Notes: a model not told the origin generated them from the sequence alone. Positions 21,068 to 31,424 are shown, numbered from the stretch's first letter. The stretch: DNA of 64,000 nt from an uncultured Chloroflexia bacterium (GCA_963728205.1 CAVSIV010000004.1:168643-232642), one strand, 5' to 3'. Numbers and translations: made by a program.

Positions 21068-24000
21068 CCGCCGACGAGCGCGCCGCCGCCCGCCGCCGCG
21101 CACGCATGCGCGCGATCAGCCGCGCCGCCCGCGACGGCGGCGGTGTCTCGAATGGGGGCCCCGGCCGTCGGCTGCTCAGGGCGATCCTCGTCACGCTGGG
21201 CGCGCTGATCATCGTCGGGGCCGGCATCGCCGGCGCCGGTGGCGTCTACGTGATGAACCGGTACAACCAGATCGCCGGCGGCGTCGTGCCGCCGGAGCAG
21301 CTGATCTCGAAGTTCTCGCGCGGCGGCGCGCAGATCTACGACCGCAACGGCAAGCTGCTCTATGAGGTCGTCGACGAGCTCGGCGGGCTGCGCCGCCCGG
21401 TCGCGCTCGCGGACATCTCGCCGTGGATGCCGAAGGCGACGGTCGCCACGGAGGACGCGTCGTTCTACACGAACAACGGCCTGAATACGCGCGGCCTCGC
21501 TCGCGCCGGCATCGAGAACCTCACCCCGTTCGGCACGGGCCTCTTCGGTGGCTCCGGCGGCTCGTCGATCACGCAGCAGCTGGCGAAGAACGTCTACATC
21601 CCGCGCGACGAGCGGGCCCAGCGCTCCATCGACCGCAAGGTCAAGGAGATGGTGATCGCGCTGGAGCTGACCAAGCGCTACAGCAAGGACCAGATCCTCG
21701 AGTGGTACCTGAACTCGATCCCGTACGGCTCGATCTACACGGGCGTCGAGGCCGCATCGCAGGGCTACTTCGGCAAGGATGCGAAGGACCTCACGCTCGC
21801 CGAGGCGGCGCTGCTGGCCGGCATCCCGCAGTCGCCGGCGGCATACGCGCCGCACGCGGGTGACGCCACGCTCGACCCGAGCAGCGCGACGAAGCGTCGC
21901 CAGCTCGAGGTGCTCCACCTGATGGTGGCGCACGGCCAGATCACGCAGGCGCAGGCCGACCAGGCCGCGCAGCAGCCGATCGCGTTCAAGACGAACCGCT
22001 TCGACATCGAGGCGCCGCACTTCGTCCTCAACCGCGTCATTCCCGAGCTGAAGGACCGCTTCGGCGAGGACGCCGTCCTGCACGACGGCCTCCAGGTGAC
22101 GACGAGCCTCAACCTCGACCTGCAGCACCAGGCCGAGGACATCCTCGCGAAGAACGTCGCCCAGTACGGCGACCCGGCGAACTCGCACAACGGCGCGACG
22201 ATCGTGCTCGACCCGCTGACCGGCGAGATCCTCACGTACGTCGGCAGCGCCGACTACTTCAACGACTCGATCCAGGGGCGGGTCGACAACATCACGGCGC
22301 AGAACTCGCCGGGCTCGACGCTGAAGCCGTGGACCTACATGACCGCGTTCACGAAGGGCTGGGGCACCGGCACCGCGATCCTCGACACGCCGTTGTCGCT
22401 GATCGACTACGCCACGGGCCAGGCGTACACCCCGCGCGACCCGATCGCCGCCGTGCTCGGTCCGATCCCCGCGCACGAGGCCCTCGGCAACTCGCTGAAC
22501 ATCCCGGCGGTGAAGACGATCGTGTTCGCCGGCGTGAAGAACGTCGAGCAGATGCTGCGGCAGGTCGGCTACACGACGCTGCACAACCCGAACGGCTACG
22601 GCCCCTCGCTGACGGTCGGCGGCGTCGACATCACGCTCGAGGACCAGGCGATCGCGTACAGCGTGCTCGCTACGGACGGGGTGATGCGCGGCCAGGACGT
22701 GGTCGTCGACCCGACCGTCGCAGGCGAGCGCAGCCTCGAGCCCGTCTCGCTGCTGAAGGTCACGGACTCGACCGGCAAGGTGCTCTACAACTTCGAGAAG
22801 CCGGTCGAGCGGCGGGTGTTGCCGGCGGAGTTCCCCTACCTGATCACGTCCGTGCTCTCCAACGGCCAGAACCAGTGCATCACCTACGGCGTGTGCAACG
22901 CGCTCGCGCTGGCCGACGGGCGCCCGTCGGGGGCGAAGACCGGGACGAGCGAGCCGTACATCGACTCGCCGGGCCTCGTCGGCGACACCTGGACGATGGG
23001 CTACACGCCGAACCTCGTGGCCGGCGTGTGGGCCGGCAACTCCGACAACTCGCCGATCACGGCGCTGTCGTCGACGACCGTCGCGCTGCACACCTGGAAA
23101 GAGGTGATGATGGCGGCGGTGCAGGACCTGAAGCTGCCGCCGACGCCGTTCGCGCGGCCGCCGGGCGTGGTGGAGAAGGAGGTCTGCTGGCCGTCGGGCA
23201 AGCTGCCGACCGACCTCTGCCCGCAGCTGAACCGCTACACGAGCCTCTACGCCGCGAGCGCGCTGCCGAGCGGCGGGCCGGACAAGGCGCCCGACCTCTA
23301 CGACTCATGGTGGCAGAACGTGAAGATCGACACGCGCACCGGGCTGCTCGCCGCGCCGGCGACGCCGGCCAACTTCGTGAAGGAGGAGGTGCGGCTGGTC
23401 TTCCCGCCCGACGAGGTGAAGGGCTGGACCGGGCTCGACGACTGGGCCGACAAGCACAACGTGCGCCAGCTGCTCGCGCCGTCCGAGGAGTCGAGCGCGG
23501 CGAGCGCGCTGGTTTCGATCGCGTCGCCGCTGCCGTCCGCGAACGTGCGGGGGCGCGTGATCGTGCTCGGCCACGCGGACTCGCCCAAGTTCGAGGGCTT
23601 TGAGCTCGACTGGGGTCGCGGTGCGGCGCCGGGCTCGTGGGTGCGCATCGCGCAGTCGCCGCGCCCGGTCGTGTCCGGGACGCTGGGGATCTGGGACACG
23701 TCGAACCTGCCGAACGGCGTGTACACGCTGCGCGCGATGCTGACCGACGGCGATCGCGGCCAGACCTACTACCAGGTCTCGGTCACCGTGAACAACGGGA
23801 ACGCCGCCCCGACGACCGACCAGGCGCCGGCGGCCGTGATCACGAGCCCGTCGAACAACTCCGTGGTGTCGGGCACCGTCTCGGTGACGGGCGTCGCCAC
23901 GGCCGGGAACCTCGCCAGCGCGACCGTCGAGGTCGGCCCGGGGCTCAACCCGACGCAGTGGTTCTCCGCGGGGAGCGTGAATCAGCCGGTCCTGAACGGC

Positions 24001-24144
24001 CAGATCGCCACCTGGGACACCACGGCCGTCGCCGATGGCACGTATACCGTGCGGCTCACGGTCACCGACGCGAAGCTCGGCAGCGCCGTGACGACGATCA
24101 CGGTCGCGGTGAAGAACCCGGCGACGCCGGCGCCGGGCGGTTAG
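21064..24144 (+). CDS. Class A penicillin-binding protein (transglycosylase-transpeptidase) with two C-terminal Ig-like domains
   Basis: ATEDASFY, GGSSITQQLAKN, RKVKE, PGSTLKP (SxxK), SLN, KTGT; WDT..NG.YT repeats. Confidence 0.92.
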   Translation: MTADERAAARRRARMRAISRAARDGGGVSNGGPGRRLLRAILVTLGALIIVGAGIAGAGGVYVMNRYNQIAGGVVPPEQLISKFSRGGAQIYDRNGKLLYEVVDELGGLRRPVALADISPWMPKATVATEDASFYTNNGLNTRGLARAGIENLTPFGTGLFGGSGGSSITQQLAKNVYIPRDERAQRSIDRKVKEMVIALELTKRYSKDQILEWYLNSIPYGSIYTGVEAASQGYFGKDAKDLTLAEAALLAGIPQSPAAYAPHAGDATLDPSSATKRRQLEVLHLMVAHGQITQAQADQAAQQPIAFKTNRFDIEAPHFVLNRVIPELKDRFGEDAVLHDGLQVTTSLNLDLQHQAEDILAKNVAQYGDPANSHNGATIVLDPLTGEILTYVGSADYFNDSIQGRVDNITAQNSPGSTLKPWTYMTAFTKGWGTGTAILDTPLSLIDYATGQAYTPRDPIAAVLGPIPAHEALGNSLNIPAVKTIVFAGVKNVEQMLRQVGYTTLHNPNGYGPSLTVGGVDITLEDQAIAYSVLATDGVMRGQDVVVDPTVAGERSLEPVSLLKVTDSTGKVLYNFEKPVERRVLPAEFPYLITSVLSNGQNQCITYGVCNALALADGRPSGAKTGTSEPYIDSPGLVGDTWTMGYTPNLVAGVWAGNSDNSPITALSSTTVALHTWKEVMMAAVQDLKLPPTPFARPPGVVEKEVCWPSGKLPTDLCPQLNRYTSLYAASALPSGGPDKAPDLYDSWWQNVKIDTRTGLLAAPATPANFVKEEVRLVFPPDEVKGWTGLDDWADKHNVRQLLAPSEESSAASALVSIASPLPSANVRGRVIVLGHADSPKFEGFELDWGRGAAPGSWVRIAQSPRPVVSGTLGIWDTSNLPNGVYTLRAMLTDGDRGQTYYQVSVTVNNGNAAPTTDQAPAAVITSPSNNSVVSGTVSVTGVATAGNLASATVEVGPGLNPTQWFSAGSVNQPVLNGQIATWDTTAVADGTYTVRLTVTDAKLGSAVTTITVAVKNPATPAPGG

Positions 24145-24415
24145 CGGTTGCCGGGCGGGGGGACGGCGACGCCGCGGGCGAATGGCCCGCGTGAGCGGGC
24201 TGGTCGGAACCGGTCCGACTGCGCGCTGGCCACGAGCGGGCGGCCGAGCGTCGTTCCCTCCGCGGCCCGTTCGGGTGCGTGAGCGCAACCGTGGCCGGGA
24301 AGCGCGCCGGGGCGGCCTGCGCGGCTGCTCAGCCCGCTCACGCGGGGCGTGCGCGCGGCATTGCGCGGCGGGGCGCAGGTTGGCGCGCGGGCGTCGAGGC
24401 CGAGCTGTGCCCACG

Positions 24416-25457
24416 ATGACGCCGCGTGAGCCGAGCGACGCCGACACCGAACCCCGACGGGTTCCTCGCTTCGATCCCCCGCTCGACTTCGAGCCCGCGC
24501 CCGTCGTCACCGACGAGGGCACCTTCGGGCACCTGCCGGAGCCGGTGCCCGACATCGAACTGGACGAGCCCGGATACCTGCGCGCGACGCTCGCGCGCGT
24601 TGCCGCGTGGCTGCTCGTCGTGGCCGCGGCCGCGTGCCTGCTTCGTGCTCGGCGGGTGGCAGGCCACGGGGCGCGACGTCGCGATCCCCGCGCTGGAGCG
24701 CGGGGTGGCCGCGCTCACGCAGATCGACGAGCTGCTCGCGATGCACCACGGCGACATCGTCGCCGCCGGCGCGAGCCGCGCCGCGCAGCCGGCGGCGCAG
24801 GTGGAGGTGCCGGGCTTCCCCGTGCCGAGCGTGAAGCTGAGCGCGCTCGAGGCGCGCGACGACTCGGCCGCGCGCCAGCGCGACCTGCTGCTGGGCGCGC
24901 CGCCGACGCGATCTACGCGCAACGGGACGGGCGCGCTGCGGACGACGCAGGGCGAGCTGCTGCGACCCGGCATCTTCTCGACGGCCGGCGCCACGCGCCG
25001 CCTGTTCGGCGCGCTGAGCTCCGCCAACCACGACCGCTTCGGCGCACTGCTCTGGCCGCTCGCGATCGCGTGCGGCGTGCTGGCCGCGGCCGTCGTGGCG
25101 CTGGGGCGCGGGCTCGGGACGGTTCGTCGCGCTCGGCGCCGCGCTGGTCGGCGCCGCGGCGCTCACGCTCGTGGTCACGCTGCTCGTGCGCGGGCTCGTG
25201 GCAGTCGTGGGCACCGACGGCAGCACGCTCGCCGGCGAGATCTCCGCGATCACGCGCGCGCTGGTGTGGACGCCGGTGCGCGACGCCGCGTGGTTCGCGC
25301 TCGCCGGGGTCGGCGATCGCGCTGCCGGCGATGCTCGCGGGGCTCGCTTTCGCCGCGGCGGCGGCGCCACCGCGCCCGACGAGCCGCGGGGCGGCGCCGG
25401 CAGCGCGACGTGGCCGCCGCGCTGAGCGCGCGCGGCGCGCACCTCGTCTCGCGTTGA
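24416..25457 (+). CDS. Hypothetical membrane protein, several frameshifts, end uncertain
   Basis: Protein-like segments in successive frames (MTPREPSD.., ALERGVAALTQID.., LWPLAIACGV.., LVWTPVRDAAW). Confidence 0.5.
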
Positions 25458-25570
25458 CGGGATAGTAGAGAAGCAGCACCGAAACCCGACTCGCGAGACG
25501 ACCGCGGGCGCCGGCGGCGTCCACTGGCCTTTGGTCGCGGCCGCGTACCTGGGGTAGCTTCAGCGGTGGG

Positions 25571-26359
25571 ATGGGAGTCTGCGCCACAGCATGCTACGAG
25601 ACGGCAGAGACGTTGGTGATCCGGGCGCGGCCGCTCCCGATGTGGCGCTCGACCGCCATCAGCAAGCAGCTCGCCGCCTCGATGGGCGGCGTGAGCGGGC
25701 TCGACGCCATCAGCAAGCAGTTCGCCGCGTCGATGGGCGGCGTGGTCGGGCGCGACGCCATCAGCAAGCAGTTCGCCGCGTCGGTGGGCAGCTTGACCGG
25801 GCTCGACGCCATCAACAGGCAGTTCGCCCCGGACTTCCAGACTCTGGACGCCGGCGCGTCGTTCCGCGCGCTCCTCGCCCAGAACGCCGCCGCCTACGCG
25901 GTGCGCTCCTCGTCAGTAGTCGGTCTCATCCGCGACAGCTCGACGGACGAGCACTTGATGCGAGTCGTCCGCGGGGTCTCCTCTACCGCGGAAGCGGATC
26001 GCCGCCTCGCAGCTGCGATCCGCGCGGCCGCGCTGGGGGAGCCTCCCCCGGCGATTCCAGACGAACTGGCCGAAGCCGCCCGCGTGACAGTGTCATCGGG
26101 GCGCGTGCGTCGCGATCTGGAAGAGATTCGGGACGCACTCGATCCGGCCACGGACCCACGCGCATCGCGAGAAGCCCTTGTACTTTCCCGTGGTGTGCAG
26201 AGGCAGCACCTCAAGCTTCTGGCAGCTCGCCTTCTCCAGGAGTTGTCCCGCGGGCTATCCGTGCTCCCTGATTGCGATGCGCGCATGGAGACCGCTGTTT
26301 GGCTGACTTTGGTCGGCACGCTGGTCACCTGCTACTTGACGTTTCTCGCAACCCGGTAA
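25571..26359 (+). CDS. Hypothetical protein with 17-aa tandem repeats and a C-terminal TM helix
   Basis: AISKQFAASMGGxxGxD about 3.5 times (51-nt period); C-terminal VWLTLVGTLVTCYLTFL. Confidence 0.55.
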   Translation: MGVCATACYETAETLVIRARPLPMWRSTAISKQLAASMGGVSGLDAISKQFAASMGGVVGRDAISKQFAASVGSLTGLDAINRQFAPDFQTLDAGASFRALLAQNAAAYAVRSSSVVGLIRDSSTDEHLMRVVRGVSSTAEADRRLAAAIRAAALGEPPPAIPDELAEAARVTVSSGRVRRDLEEIRDALDPATDPRASREALVLSRGVQRQHLKLLAARLLQELSRGLSVLPDCDARMETAVWLTLVGTLVTCYLTFLATR

Positions 26360-26460
26360 GCGGGTGCTCGCCGTTCGCCCATGGTCTGTGGGTTTATGGT
26401 GCGAATGACGACGGCCACCTGCCCGACCGGCGGGGCGAAGGGGGTCGCTGGAGCCAAACC

Positions 26461-27951
26461 ATGAGCATCACCGCCTGGGCAATCGTTCTCGTGGCGCTCG
26501 CCTTCATCTTCCCGCGGCTCCACTGCTGGGGCCTCGCGAACTTGTGTCGGCGTAGGCGTAAGCGCTTTCCTGCCTTTGCTTTCCTGTTTGTCTGCATATT
26601 GGTCGCTGCCTGTTCGGCTGCTTCGAGCCATTCCCGAACGCCAATTCCATCCTCGAGCATTTCAGCGACAAGTACGCCCAGAATGGGTCCGCAGGCTCAG
26701 GCGCCCACACCAGCGACCGATGAGCACGCGGTGCTGCCGGAATTTGGAGTCTTCGAATTGCGGCTCGACCGCGACCAGAGCGAGAGCGTCTCATTCCCTC
26801 TCGTCACTATCCCAAGCACCGGATGTGCGCTCGGGGGAGTGCGGTTCGACTGGAGCGTCCGCCAGCCGTATGCCGAAGGGACCGGACCGAGCGTCGAATT
26901 CTTCGACGAGTATCAGGGTGCCCACCTCTCGCTCGGCGCCGGAAGTAGCGGCGAAAGTGAGGCTGGGTTCTGCGATCCCGTCAGCGTGTCCAATCGGAGC
27001 GACACGTCGATCCTCGTCGAGGTTCGCTACGTTGCGGTGATGCCGGGCCCCGCGGAGCCGGTGGGTGCGCCGTCGGCGGCTCAAAGTCCGACCGGAACCG
27101 CTCCGCCCTCCGCTTGTACGGTGTTTGAGCGGGGTACCGCGGTCTCGGTTACGTTCATGGCATCCGACGCCCTCCAGGCCTGTCAATCCTGGATTCAGGC
27201 GCGGGGGCAACAGGGAGAGTTCTGGTCGACGGATGGCGAGCCCACCGAGCAGCAATCGATGGTGTGCATCTTCCGTTACGAGTCGGGCGCGCACGTACAG
27301 GTCGACGACGGCGGCGGGCAGTTCAACGGGCGCACGATCTGCGCTGGATTCGCCGGAACTCCCGGATGGGTCGAGGACCTTCCGGCAGAGCAAGCATCCG
27401 CGACGGCGGCCGCGAACCAGCGTCGAATCGACGCTGCGCTTCGGACGTTGACTTCGGACCTGTCAGACCTCCAGGCCGAATCGCGGGATCTCAGCGATGT
27501 ATCCATTGCCGCTGACCTGACGACGATGCGCGATGCTATCAAGGGCGTATACCAAGATCTCCAAACAACGCTGACCGCCGATACAACGCTGGTATGTGGA
27601 GACGCGGGTGTCGTGGAGGGCGATGTTGGCGCGCTGGAAGGGGACCAAGGCGTGCTGGAGTCGGACGTGTCCGCGTTGAACACGCGCATCGAGTCAGTTC
27701 AGCACTTGCTCTCCATCGTCCCTGCCGACATGCGGGAGTTGACGAGCGCGGAAGCCTCGCTCCCCTCCTACCAGCCGGCAGGCGTCCCGGAGGACGCGCC
27801 CATTCAGCAAGCGGTTCAAGATGGCATACACGCCGTCAGTGGCGCGGAAAGCGCGATCACGAACGTGCGGGCGCAAGCAGCAGCGTTAGTTCAGCAGGCA
27901 CAGGCGTACTCTTCGCAGGCCGATGCGGCGTGCAAGCAAGCGACACCGTAG
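26461..27951 (+). CDS. Hypothetical lipoprotein/secreted protein with coiled-coil C-terminus (start uncertain)
   Basis: Basic patch, hydrophobic stretch and LVAAC lipobox; Pro/Thr linkers; paired Cys. Confidence 0.65.
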   Translation: MSITAWAIVLVALAFIFPRLHCWGLANLCRRRRKRFPAFAFLFVCILVAACSAASSHSRTPIPSSSISATSTPRMGPQAQAPTPATDEHAVLPEFGVFELRLDRDQSESVSFPLVTIPSTGCALGGVRFDWSVRQPYAEGTGPSVEFFDEYQGAHLSLGAGSSGESEAGFCDPVSVSNRSDTSILVEVRYVAVMPGPAEPVGAPSAAQSPTGTAPPSACTVFERGTAVSVTFMASDALQACQSWIQARGQQGEFWSTDGEPTEQQSMVCIFRYESGAHVQVDDGGGQFNGRTICAGFAGTPGWVEDLPAEQASATAAANQRRIDAALRTLTSDLSDLQAESRDLSDVSIAADLTTMRDAIKGVYQDLQTTLTADTTLVCGDAGVVEGDVGALEGDQGVLESDVSALNTRIESVQHLLSIVPADMRELTSAEASLPSYQPAGVPEDAPIQQAVQDGIHAVSGAESAITNVRAQAAALVQQAQAYSSQADAACKQATP

Positions 27952-27978
27952 GCAACCGATTGCAGATGAGAACTAGCG

Positions 27979-28239
27979 CTACTCGACCGGGGCTTGAGCG
28001 GGGCGAAGCGGTCCACGATTGAGCGTCGAGTAGTGTGTGGGGGGAAGCTCAACACCCGCCGCGTCCACCCCGGAAGCCGGTCCCATGCTCACGTCCTGCT
28101 CCGACCCGTCCAGGAAGCGGAGCGTCACGCAGATCGAATCGAACGTGATCACCCGATCGCCGACAAGCAGGTAGCCGTCCCACGAGCCATTCGTAACCGT
28201 GGTGCCCGCGGACCGTACTTCAACGCGCTGCTTCGTCAC
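27979..28239 (-). CDS. Small hypothetical protein
   Basis: 86-aa ORF with AGGAG SD upstream of GTG. Confidence 0.5.
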   Translation of the reverse strand: MTKQRVEVRSAGTTVTNGSWDGYLLVGDRVITFDSICVTLRFLDGSEQDVSMGPASGVDAAGVELPPTHYSTLNRGPLRPAQAPVE

Positions 28240-28321
28240 GTTGGACTCCTTCTACCCCATGGCCTTGTGTAGATTCGGGTGGCGCCCGGGAACAGTCAAG
28301 GGACCGGGGCGCGCTGGGCTT

Positions 28322-28645
28322 TTACCGGCACCCGACCGAGAGGACCGCGCCGACCCTCGTCGCGTCGAAGCACTCCACGGTCACGAGCGTCTCGTGCTCC
28401 GCCCCGGCGATGATGATGGTGACGTACGTGCCTTGCTTCTTCCCGGCACCGCTGTCGGTGACGGTTACGGCGGAGCCACGCCCGGTGCGATCCGGCACCA
28501 CCCATGGGCCCGTGCCGTACTTGGTCTTGGCGACCACGGTGTAGTCCGCGAGTGCCGTCGGCACCGGCGTTGGCGTCGGGTGCGAGCCGCACGCGCTGAG
28601 GATGAGCGCGAGAGCAACAGCGAGTGCGAGCGGTGCGGATTGCAT
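28322..28645 (-). CDS. Small hypothetical lipoprotein
   Basis: MQSAPLALAVALALILSAC lipobox followed by a PTPTP linker. Confidence 0.6.
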   Translation of the reverse strand: MQSAPLALAVALALILSACGSHPTPTPVPTALADYTVVAKTKYGTGPWVVPDRTGRGSAVTVTDSGAGKKQGTYVTIIIAGAEHETLVTVECFDATRVGAVLSVGCR

Positions 28646-28819
28646 ATTGGACCAGCGTATCCGAAGACAGGCCGCCCCCACGACCCCCGTCAGGCCGCCA
28701 GCCGCCAGCGGGCGGCGTGCCTGCGTTGCAGCGAAGAGGAGCGCGACGCCGAACTCGTCAGCCCTCACGGTAGCGATTCGGGTTTCGGTGCTGCTTCTCT
28801 ACTATCCCCCCGTCTCGCG

Positions 28820-28848
28820 TTGACGCTGTGAGATGCCCGGCTTAGCGT
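28820..28848 (+). promoter_or_regulatory. Sigma70-type promoter for the mcl operon
   Basis: TTGACG-17 bp-TAGCGT. Confidence 0.55.
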
Positions 28849-28950
28849 CCGGCGCGTACCATCGCTCGACCCGGCGACGCCGCTCGCGCGGCCGCGCCGT
28901 CATCCCGGCGAGGGCGCCGCACGGCGCTCGCCAGCGACCCGGAGCACCCG

Positions 28951-30029
28951 ATGCAGCGCAGCCCGCGGGAGTTCTTCAAGCCCCTCGCGCTCGGCGCGCC
29001 CGAGCCCCTGCGCGATATCCCGTTCACGCCCAGCCGCATGATCCACTTCCTCAACGCGGCCAACCCGAAGCATGGTCGCGAAGGTCCCCGAGATGCTGCA
29101 AGCAGGTCGACGTCCTGCTCGGCAACCTCGAGGACGCCGTCCCCGCCGACCAGAAGGTCGCCGCGCGCGAGGGCTTCATCGAGGTCGTCGCAGGCAACGA
29201 CTTCGGCCAGACGTCGGCTGCTGGACGCGCGTGAACAGCCTCGACTCGCCGTGGTTCCTCGACGACGTCATGCGCTTCGTCGAGACCATCGGCGACCGGC
29301 TCGACGTGATCGTCGATCCCGAAGGTGCTCGGCCCCGAGGACATCCACTACGTCGACCGCCTGCTCGCGCAGCTCGAGGCGCGGCGCCAGCGTCACAGCG
29401 TCCGATCCTGCTGCACGCGCATCCTCGAGACCGGCGGCGGCGTGGCGCGCGTCGAGGAGATCGCGCTCGCCAGCCCGCGCATGCAGGGGATGTCCTTCGG
29501 CCCGGCCGACCTCGCCGCCTCGCGGCGCATGAAGACGACGCGCGTCGGCGGCGGTCACCCGTCGTACGTGGTGCGCACGGACCCCGACCCCGAGCACCCG
29601 GACGCGCCGCGCCAGACGGCGCAGCAGGACCCGTGGCACTACTCGATCGCGCGCATGGTCGACGCCTGCGTGAACGCCGACATCCTCCCGTACTACGGCC
29701 CGTTCGGCGACATCTCGGACCCGGTCGGGTGCGAGGACCAGTTCCGCGCCGCGTTCCTGCTCGGGTGCGTGGGCGCGTGGTCGCTGCACCCGAGCCAGAT
29801 CGAGATCGCGCGCCGCGTGTTCAGCCCGGACCCCGACGAGGTGAAGTTCGCGAAGAAGATCATCGACTCCATGCCGGAGGGCGGCGGGGTCGCGATGATC
29901 GACGGCAAGATGCAGGACGACGCGACGTACAAGCAGGCCATGGTGATGTGGAGCCTCGCCGAGCGCATCGCCGAGCGGGACCCGGACATGGCCGCGCAGT
30001 ACGGCATCAGCACGGGAGCCCGCGCCTAG
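28951..30029 (+). CDS. mcl: Malyl-CoA/beta-methylmalyl-CoA lyase-like (HpcH/HpaI-CitE family), frameshifted in this sequence
   Basis: [73 protein letters not shown]. Confidence 0.8.
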
Positions 30030-30156
30030 CCGCGCGGGCGGGTCGGGCCGTTCGTGCCGCCTGGCGGGGCGGCACGAGCGGCGCACCCGATCGACGACCG
30101 GCAAGCCAGCAGTCTCCGCGCCCGCCCGGGCGCGGCGATGATCCGCGAGGGTGCGC

Positions 30157-31356
30157 ATGCGGTTCTACGAGTACGAGGCGAAGCAGGTCCTGGCGAAGCA
30201 CCGCGTCCCGCTCCCGAAGAGCCGGTTCGCGCGGACGCAGGCGGAGGCGATCGAAGCGGCGACCACCCTCGGCGGGCCGGTCGTGCTGAAGTCGCAGGTG
30301 CTCTCGGGCGGCCGCATGAAGGCCGGCGGCGTGAAGTTCGCCGACACCCCGGCCGCGGCAGGCGAGGCGGCCGAGGCGATCCTCGGGCTCACCATCAACG
30401 GGCTCGAGCCGGTGGGGGTGCTCGTCGAGGAGCGCCGCACGGTCGAGCAGGAGTACTACGCGGCGGTGACGTGGGACGGCCGCGCCAAGCGCCCGCTGAT
30501 CATCTTCAGCGACATGGGCGGCATCGACATCGAGGAGGTCGCGGAGCAGCACCCCGAGCACCTCTCGCGCACGCACTTCTCGTCGCTGCGGCCGTTCTCC
30601 GACTACATCGCGAAGACGGCGGTGGCGTCGGTCGGGCTGACCGGCAACGAGCTGACGCGGCTGACCGGCATCGTCGCGGCGCTGGCGCGGGTGTTCCTCG
30701 CATTCGACCTCACGCTCGCGGAGATCAACCCGATCGGGCGGCTCGACGACGGGTCGTTCGTGGCGCTCGACTCGCACATGGACATGGAGGCCGAGGCGCG
30801 GCGCACGCATGCGGCGCTGCTCAAGGAGCTCGGCATCCCCGACGACGACAACCGCCAGGCGCGCCCGCCGACGGCGTTCGAGATCGCGGCGGCGCAGGTC
30901 GACGCGGCGGACCCGCGCGGCGTGGCCGGCAACCTCACGCAGTTCGACGGCAACCTGGGGCTGATCATCGGCGCCGGCGGCGGCTCGCTGACGCTGTTCG
31001 ACGCCGTGCGCGCGGCCGGCGGGCGCCCGGCGAACTACTGCGAGATCGGCGGCAACCCGTCGGTGTCGAAAGCCGCGGCGCTGACGAAGCTGATCTGCGA
31101 GCAGCCCGGCGTCGAGAAGATCGCCGTGATGATGAACGTCGTCTCGAACACGCGCGTCGACATCGTGGCGCGCGGCGTGATCAAGGGCTGCATCGAGGCG
31201 GGCTTCGACCCGAAGGACAAGATCGCGATCTTCCGCATCCCCGGCTCGTGGGAGGAAGAGGGCTTCGCGATCCTGCAGAAGTACGGCGTGGACTACGTCG
31301 ACCGCACGGTGTCGATGCACGAGGCGGCGAAGCGCGCCGTCGCGAAGATGGGCTAG
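30157..31356 (+). CDS. ADP-forming acyl-CoA ligase beta subunit (SucC/MtkA-like)
   Basis: MRFYEYEAK, GGRMKAGGV, AEINP, PANYCEIGGNP. Confidence 0.88.
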   Translation: MRFYEYEAKQVLAKHRVPLPKSRFARTQAEAIEAATTLGGPVVLKSQVLSGGRMKAGGVKFADTPAAAGEAAEAILGLTINGLEPVGVLVEERRTVEQEYYAAVTWDGRAKRPLIIFSDMGGIDIEEVAEQHPEHLSRTHFSSLRPFSDYIAKTAVASVGLTGNELTRLTGIVAALARVFLAFDLTLAEINPIGRLDDGSFVALDSHMDMEAEARRTHAALLKELGIPDDDNRQARPPTAFEIAAAQVDAADPRGVAGNLTQFDGNLGLIIGAGGGSLTLFDAVRAAGGRPANYCEIGGNPSVSKAAALTKLICEQPGVEKIAVMMNVVSNTRVDIVARGVIKGCIEAGFDPKDKIAIFRIPGSWEEEGFAILQKYGVDYVDRTVSMHEAAKRAVAKMG

Positions 31357-31424
31357 CGCCGCCAAGAGGCCGGCGCGGGGCGGGCCTGCGGGCCCGCCGT
31401 GACGCGCGAGAGGAAACCACTGCA

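Larger units (their letters stand above)
25459..28808. mobile_element. Non-autonomous cargo element bounded by terminal inverted repeats, with long target-site duplication
   Basis: GGGATAGTAGAGAAGCAGCACCGAAACCCGA (25459-25489) and exact reverse complement (28778-28808); flanking direct repeat CGTCTCGCGTTGAC (25445-25458 and 28811-28824); interior visibly more A/T-rich. Confidence 0.8.
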
